DNA of 20,000 nucleotides from an uncultured virus (IMG/VR IMGVR_UViG_3300006145_000002) (Duplodnaviria; Heunggongvirae; Uroviricota; Caudoviricetes), in IMG/VR virus record IMGVR_UViG_3300006145_000002; one strand, 5' to 3'. Numbering within the stretch: the stretch's first letter is position 1; every line of letters starts with the position of its first letter. Positions 16,436-20,000 of this stretch are shown one piece after another. The notes beneath the pieces are model-generated. The model worked only from the letters and a program-made list of their open reading frames with translations, made no database searches and was not told the origin of the DNA. Position numbers and translations under genes: made by a program.

Positions 16436-18475
16436 TTAAACACAGAAGGCCGGGGCGACCCCATAGGAACGGCCAGAGGTGTAGCTACTCGCCGCCCCAG
16501 AAGCGTTGACAAGGCAAAAAATGAGCGAGTTGCCAGCATACACAGAGCGCAGCCACCAAAACGCAGGGGATGTTGTAACACTATGGCGGTAGAACACTTT
16601 ACTGTTCCCGGCTTTATAATAATCATATTGTAATTGTGAATTCTGTTCATACTGGCTGGCGTATGTTCTTACTCCCTGAACTTCAAATTCGGACAGCAAC
16701 CATAAGTAGTCTGTTGTTGCAGTTATTGCACTTGCTGCGTTGGTAGTTCCACCAGTATTATCAGAATACTTTGTACAAGACTTCATGACAGCACGAAGAT
16801 CACTTGGCAAAGCAGCCAAAAATGTATTTGCGGCTGGGCTTGTTGGGCTGTTAGCGGAACCTAACAAAGTCTTGCGCATATGGCTATTATTCCAGCCTCC
16901 AGAGTTTGTACTACTACTGGAGCCAGATGCAGGATTCATGGTAAAAGAACCCTGATTTGCATTATAACTACCATAAGTGCTATCAACAAAGCAAATCGGA
17001 TTACCGCCATTACTGACTTTACCTATCTGGAAATGAATACGATTTGCGCCTTCTTTTGCACTATTATGATCAAAGCCCAAAATGAAAGCCCACACATTCA
17101 TATTGATTGTAGTAGAACCAATAGTGCCATTAACAGCAATTTGCTTTGCATCACCAACATTCCAATAAGTTGAAGCCACACCAGCATCAGACACTTGCTT
17201 AATCTGCGCCCAAGTATAACTATTGAGTGCATTACCAGATGCAGGAATAAACTCAGCTTTGACAGTAATTGTCTTATTTGAAGGTGCATTATAATTAGTG
17301 CCAGCCGCAACTGCAACAGTAATTGTCGCCGTACCAGACTTCTTATTGACATGGCTAATAGTAATTACATTGCCACTGATAGAAACTGTAGCAACACTGG
17401 TATCACTGGACGTAACAGAAATTTTACCATCACCAGCACGTGTCACAGTCACGGTATCAGTTAATTTATCAGTATTCAGTGTCACAGTAGTTTTACTCAG
17501 GCTTAAACTGCCAGCCGCTTTACCGATTGTCCAAGAAACTTCCTTTGATCCAGTGCTGCCATCAGACCAGCAATAATCATCAGTTGGCGTAAATGTGGCT
17601 TTATATGTACCAGCGGCAGTCTGTTTGATAACGCCACCGATAGTCAACTGATCAGTATTATAATTGCTGAATGTAGGTGTAAGTTCTGCCCCTGTATAAG
17701 TTAATGTACTACTTTGAGCAGGAACCGCAGACAGCTTAGTTTTATTAGGAATTGCGGTAATCTGACCAGCCGTACTTGCGTTTACTGCACCTTCAGCAGA
17801 AATGGGGAATAGGGCAAAATAATAAGTAGTTCCGTTTGTGAGGCCAGTCACCTCCAGCGGACTACTTTTGTGTGCATTTCGAGTTGTACTGTTTAAAGCC
17901 AGTGTACCATCTTCAGGAGATGTAGGATAACCGCCAGTCTTATAAACCACCTTTGTACTTGCCCATGTAGAGAGCGTCACACCATCAGTTACCTTAGTTG
18001 CAGCAGGATCAGTCCATGTAAGCTGAACACGACCATTCAACTGTGCGGCAACCGCCAAAGCAGACACATCACCAGTAGGAACAGGATTAGGTGTAATTGT
18101 CACCTCGTTTGCAGGATTATCAGCATAAGTATTTGTGGTAGAATATGGGAAGAACTTGTAATAATATGTCACGCCATCACTCAAACCACTATCACAAAAA
18201 TACTGTGTCTTATATGCGTCACGAGTTTTATTATCAAGAACGACTGTACCATCACGGCGACTTGCTGGCATAGAACCTGCCTTACGAACCAGCAATGTAC
18301 CAGCCCATGCAGCAAGAGTAGCATCACCAACAACCGTATCAATAGGATCAGTCCATTTCAAGTATGCTTTACCTGAAGCAGCCAACGTAGCAAGGCCAGT
18401 CACAGGAGCCAGAGGAATCCCGCCACCGCCACCAGAACCGCCACTACCAGTTGGGAAAATAGAAACAATAGGCAT
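16436..18475 (-). CDS. DGR target: tail fibre/adhesin with two FN3-like repeats, Ig-like domain(s) and a C-terminal CLec-fold (DUF6273-like) domain
   Basis: Two WTDP...W....V.K.G..P....DGT...GL..G.TYY...FP repeats, a VTSSDTSVATV..G.ATITV Ig motif, GGWNNSHMR, DYLWLLSEFEV and WWLRS...GVAPAFCV. Confidence 0.92.
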   Translation of the reverse strand: MPIVSIFPTGSGGSGGGGGIPLAPVTGLATLAASGKAYLKWTDPIDTVVGDATLAAWAGTLLVRKAGSMPASRRDGTVVLDNKTRDAYKTQYFCDSGLSDGVTYYYKFFPYSTTNTYADNPANEVTITPNPVPTGDVSALAVAAQLNGRVQLTWTDPAATKVTDGVTLSTWASTKVVYKTGGYPTSPEDGTLALNSTTRNAHKSSPLEVTGLTNGTTYYFALFPISAEGAVNASTAGQITAIPNKTKLSAVPAQSSTLTYTGAELTPTFSNYNTDQLTIGGVIKQTAAGTYKATFTPTDDYCWSDGSTGSKEVSWTIGKAAGSLSLSKTTVTLNTDKLTDTVTVTRAGDGKISVTSSDTSVATVSISGNVITISHVNKKSGTATITVAVAAGTNYNAPSNKTITVKAEFIPASGNALNSYTWAQIKQVSDAGVASTYWNVGDAKQIAVNGTIGSTTINMNVWAFILGFDHNSAKEGANRIHFQIGKVSNGGNPICFVDSTYGSYNANQGSFTMNPASGSSSSTNSGGWNNSHMRKTLLGSANSPTSPAANTFLAALPSDLRAVMKSCTKYSDNTGGTTNAASAITATTDYLWLLSEFEVQGVRTYASQYEQNSQLQYDYYKAGNSKVFYRHSVTTSPAFWWLRSVYAGNSLIFCLVNASGAASSYTSGRSYGVAPAFCV
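16450..16573 (-). repeat. DGR variable repeat (VR) at the 3' end of the adhesin gene
   Basis: Encodes TSPAFWWLRSVYAGNSLIFCLVNASGAASSYTSGRSYGVAP. Ends in the G/C element GGGGTCGCCCCGG, after which it diverges from TR (IMH vs IMH*). Confidence 0.95.
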
Positions 18476-18487
18476 ATATAACCTCCT

Positions 18488-18889
18488 TTAACCAAGAAGA
18501 ATAATTGTCACAGGAATATCACGTGTAGGCTTATCACCGTATGCTGTAACAGTCAAAGAACCATCTGCTTGATCGCTAATACGCATATCAGCAGCCACAA
18601 CATCTTCAAGCTGTTCAGTTGTGATATTTTGCCCGATAGTAATAATGCCGTTTTGGTCTGCGGTAAGCCCTTCGACAGAAATTGTTTGAACATACGGAGA
18701 ATCATCACTCCATGCAGACATAAGCAAAACAGCATTGATTGCTACACTAAGATTGGCTTTTTCACCAAGGGCGGTATCAATTTTTTCCATATTGGAATTT
18801 GAGTTGCCATTGATGCTTTCACGCCATTCTTTAAATTTTGTCTGGTCATTATCTGTGAGTGCCAGATCATAGTTTTTCGTTGCGCTCAA
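18488..18889 (-). CDS. Tail-associated protein, paralogous to the upstream gene
   Basis: C-terminal LL.SAW...QT.SV...QNG...QADGS.T....GD.P..DIP....LLG domain. TTG start. Confidence 0.75.
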   Translation of the reverse strand: MSATKNYDLALTDNDQTKFKEWRESINGNSNSNMEKIDTALGEKANLSVAINAVLLMSAWSDDSPYVQTISVEGLTADQNGIITIGQNITTEQLEDVVAADMRISDQADGSLTVTAYGDKPTRDIPVTIILLG

Positions 18890-18913
18890 AATAAAACACC
18901 ACCCTTCCTTGAA

Positions 18914-19366
18914 TTAACCAAGCAGAGTGATGAGGATAGGAATATCAATTTGTGGTGTATCTCCACGACAGGAAATTGTAATAGAACCATCTGCTTGAGC
19001 AGTTACAAACATTTCAGCGGCAACCACAGCTTCATACTGTGCATCACTAAATGCTTGTGGTAAAGTTACATAACCATTCTGATTAGCCATAATAGCAGAT
19101 ACAGAGACAGTTTGTTGCCCACTTACCCAAGCACTTGCCAGTAACGTAGCATTCACTGTTGTACTCGGTTCACAACTTTCAGCCCCATCAAAAGGCAATT
19201 CGTTATATCGTTTATTACCATATCCTGTTTTATGACGTGTACTACCATCCGTAAAAATTACTGTAATTTGTTCGCCATCCAGCAAAATAGGATTCTTAGC
19301 TGTCCAATTTGCAACAGTATCACGCCGCTGTTGAATTGCGGATACCTTTACGACCTTTTCAGCCAT
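18914..19366 (-). CDS. Tail-associated protein with an Mtd-N/hyaluronidase-N-like domain
   Basis: IQQRRDTVANWTAKNPILLDGE...KTGYG...YNELPF. GGAGGTG RBS. Confidence 0.8.
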   Translation of the reverse strand: MAEKVVKVSAIQQRRDTVANWTAKNPILLDGEQITVIFTDGSTRHKTGYGNKRYNELPFDGAESCEPSTTVNATLLASAWVSGQQTVSVSAIMANQNGYVTLPQAFSDAQYEAVVAAEMFVTAQADGSITISCRGDTPQIDIPILITLLG

Positions 19367-19390
19367 TCACTTCACCTCCGCTTTTAGAAT

Positions 19391-19417
19391 AAAAAGGGGA
19401 AGGTTTTCACCTCCCCC
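19391..19417 (-). terminator. Intrinsic terminator
   Basis: On the - strand: GGGGGAGGT-GAAA-ACCTTCCCC-TTTTT. Confidence 0.8.
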
Positions 19418-19430
19418 AATTAGCTTTTAA

Positions 19431-20000
19431 TTACGCATTACCGCCATCAAGAATGATAGTGTCGGTGTCATGCACCACAGTATCAGGCAGAGTGTAAACA
19501 GTAGTCTCAGTACCACCAATCTTCACATTGCCGTTAGTATCGGAGGCTTCAACCTTAGTTGCGCCCTCTGCAACACCATCCAGCTTAGTCTTATCGGTAG
19601 CAGACATAGCACCAGCAGCAGTAGTAGTAGCCTCGTCCAACTCCAGACCAGCCGCACCAACCTTCAGGCCATTGGCATTCGTACCCAGCTTAATAGCAAT
19701 GACATTGGTTGCAGAAATCTCAATACCATCACCAGCGGTATACTCATCAACCAAATCCTGAACAGACAGATAGATGTGAGACTCATTGCCATCACCGCCA
19801 ACAGTGTTCACAACAAAGTCAATGTACTTGTCACCCACAACAGCACCAGCGTAAGGATCATCAGCGGCGGCAACCACCTTAATATCGGCAGACTTCACCA
19901 GATAGTCCTTTGGAATGTTAATATCAGCACCAACCACAGTGCCATCCACTGTCACCTGATAAGAAGCAATATAACCAGCATTTGCAGTTGCCTTCTTCAC
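19431..20000 (-). CDS. Virion structural/fibre-like protein, 5' part outside the window
   Basis: Ala/Thr/Gly/Val-rich, INIPKDYLVKS, YTAGDGIEIS, ATTTAAGAMSATDKTKLDG. The frame runs off the window edge. Confidence 0.75.
   Translation of the reverse strand: MKKATANAGYIASYQVTVDGTVVGADINIPKDYLVKSADIKVVAAADDPYAGAVVGDKYIDFVVNTVGGDGNESHIYLSVQDLVDEYTAGDGIEISATNVIAIKLGTNANGLKVGAAGLELDEATTTAAGAMSATDKTKLDGVAEGATKVEASDTNGNVKIGGTETTVYTLPDTVVHDTDTIILDGGNA

Noticed and set aside
16405..16650. 81-aa alternative-frame ORF over VR and similar shadow ORFs across the window
   Set aside because: They overlap well-supported genes in another frame or strand and have no independent RBS or motif support.
9155..20000. 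Second VR target in the window
   Set aside because: By eye I found no third copy of the WWLRS...GVAP repeat. Other targets may exist outside the window.

Overview
This window is a segment of a large temperate phage of an anaerobic Firmicute (host assignment is inference). The left arm (+ strand) carries a nucleotide and one-carbon metabolism cluster: nrdD (5'-truncated), nrdG, a radical SAM gene split at a G8 tract, a P-loop kinase, folD and dut. Small hypothetical genes, a Tn916-type excisionase, a tyrosine integrase and an apparently intact attP-like region follow. The right arm (- strand) carries tail, lysis and holin genes. Embedded in the tail module is a complete diversity-generating retroelement (DGR): an adhesin with a C-terminal variable repeat (VR, 16450-16573), a dedicated promoter boxed by inverted repeats, avd, a template repeat (TR, 15430-15553), a ~440-nt structured spacer and a reverse transcriptase. 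The most unusual signal is a 21-nt patch in which the TR itself looks adenine-mutagenised. Other notable signals are C-terminal extensions on RT and Avd, the poly-G frameshift, two in-frame internal starts in the endolysin, and a sequence shared between the integrase promoter and attP. Family assignments come from motif recognition, not database searches.
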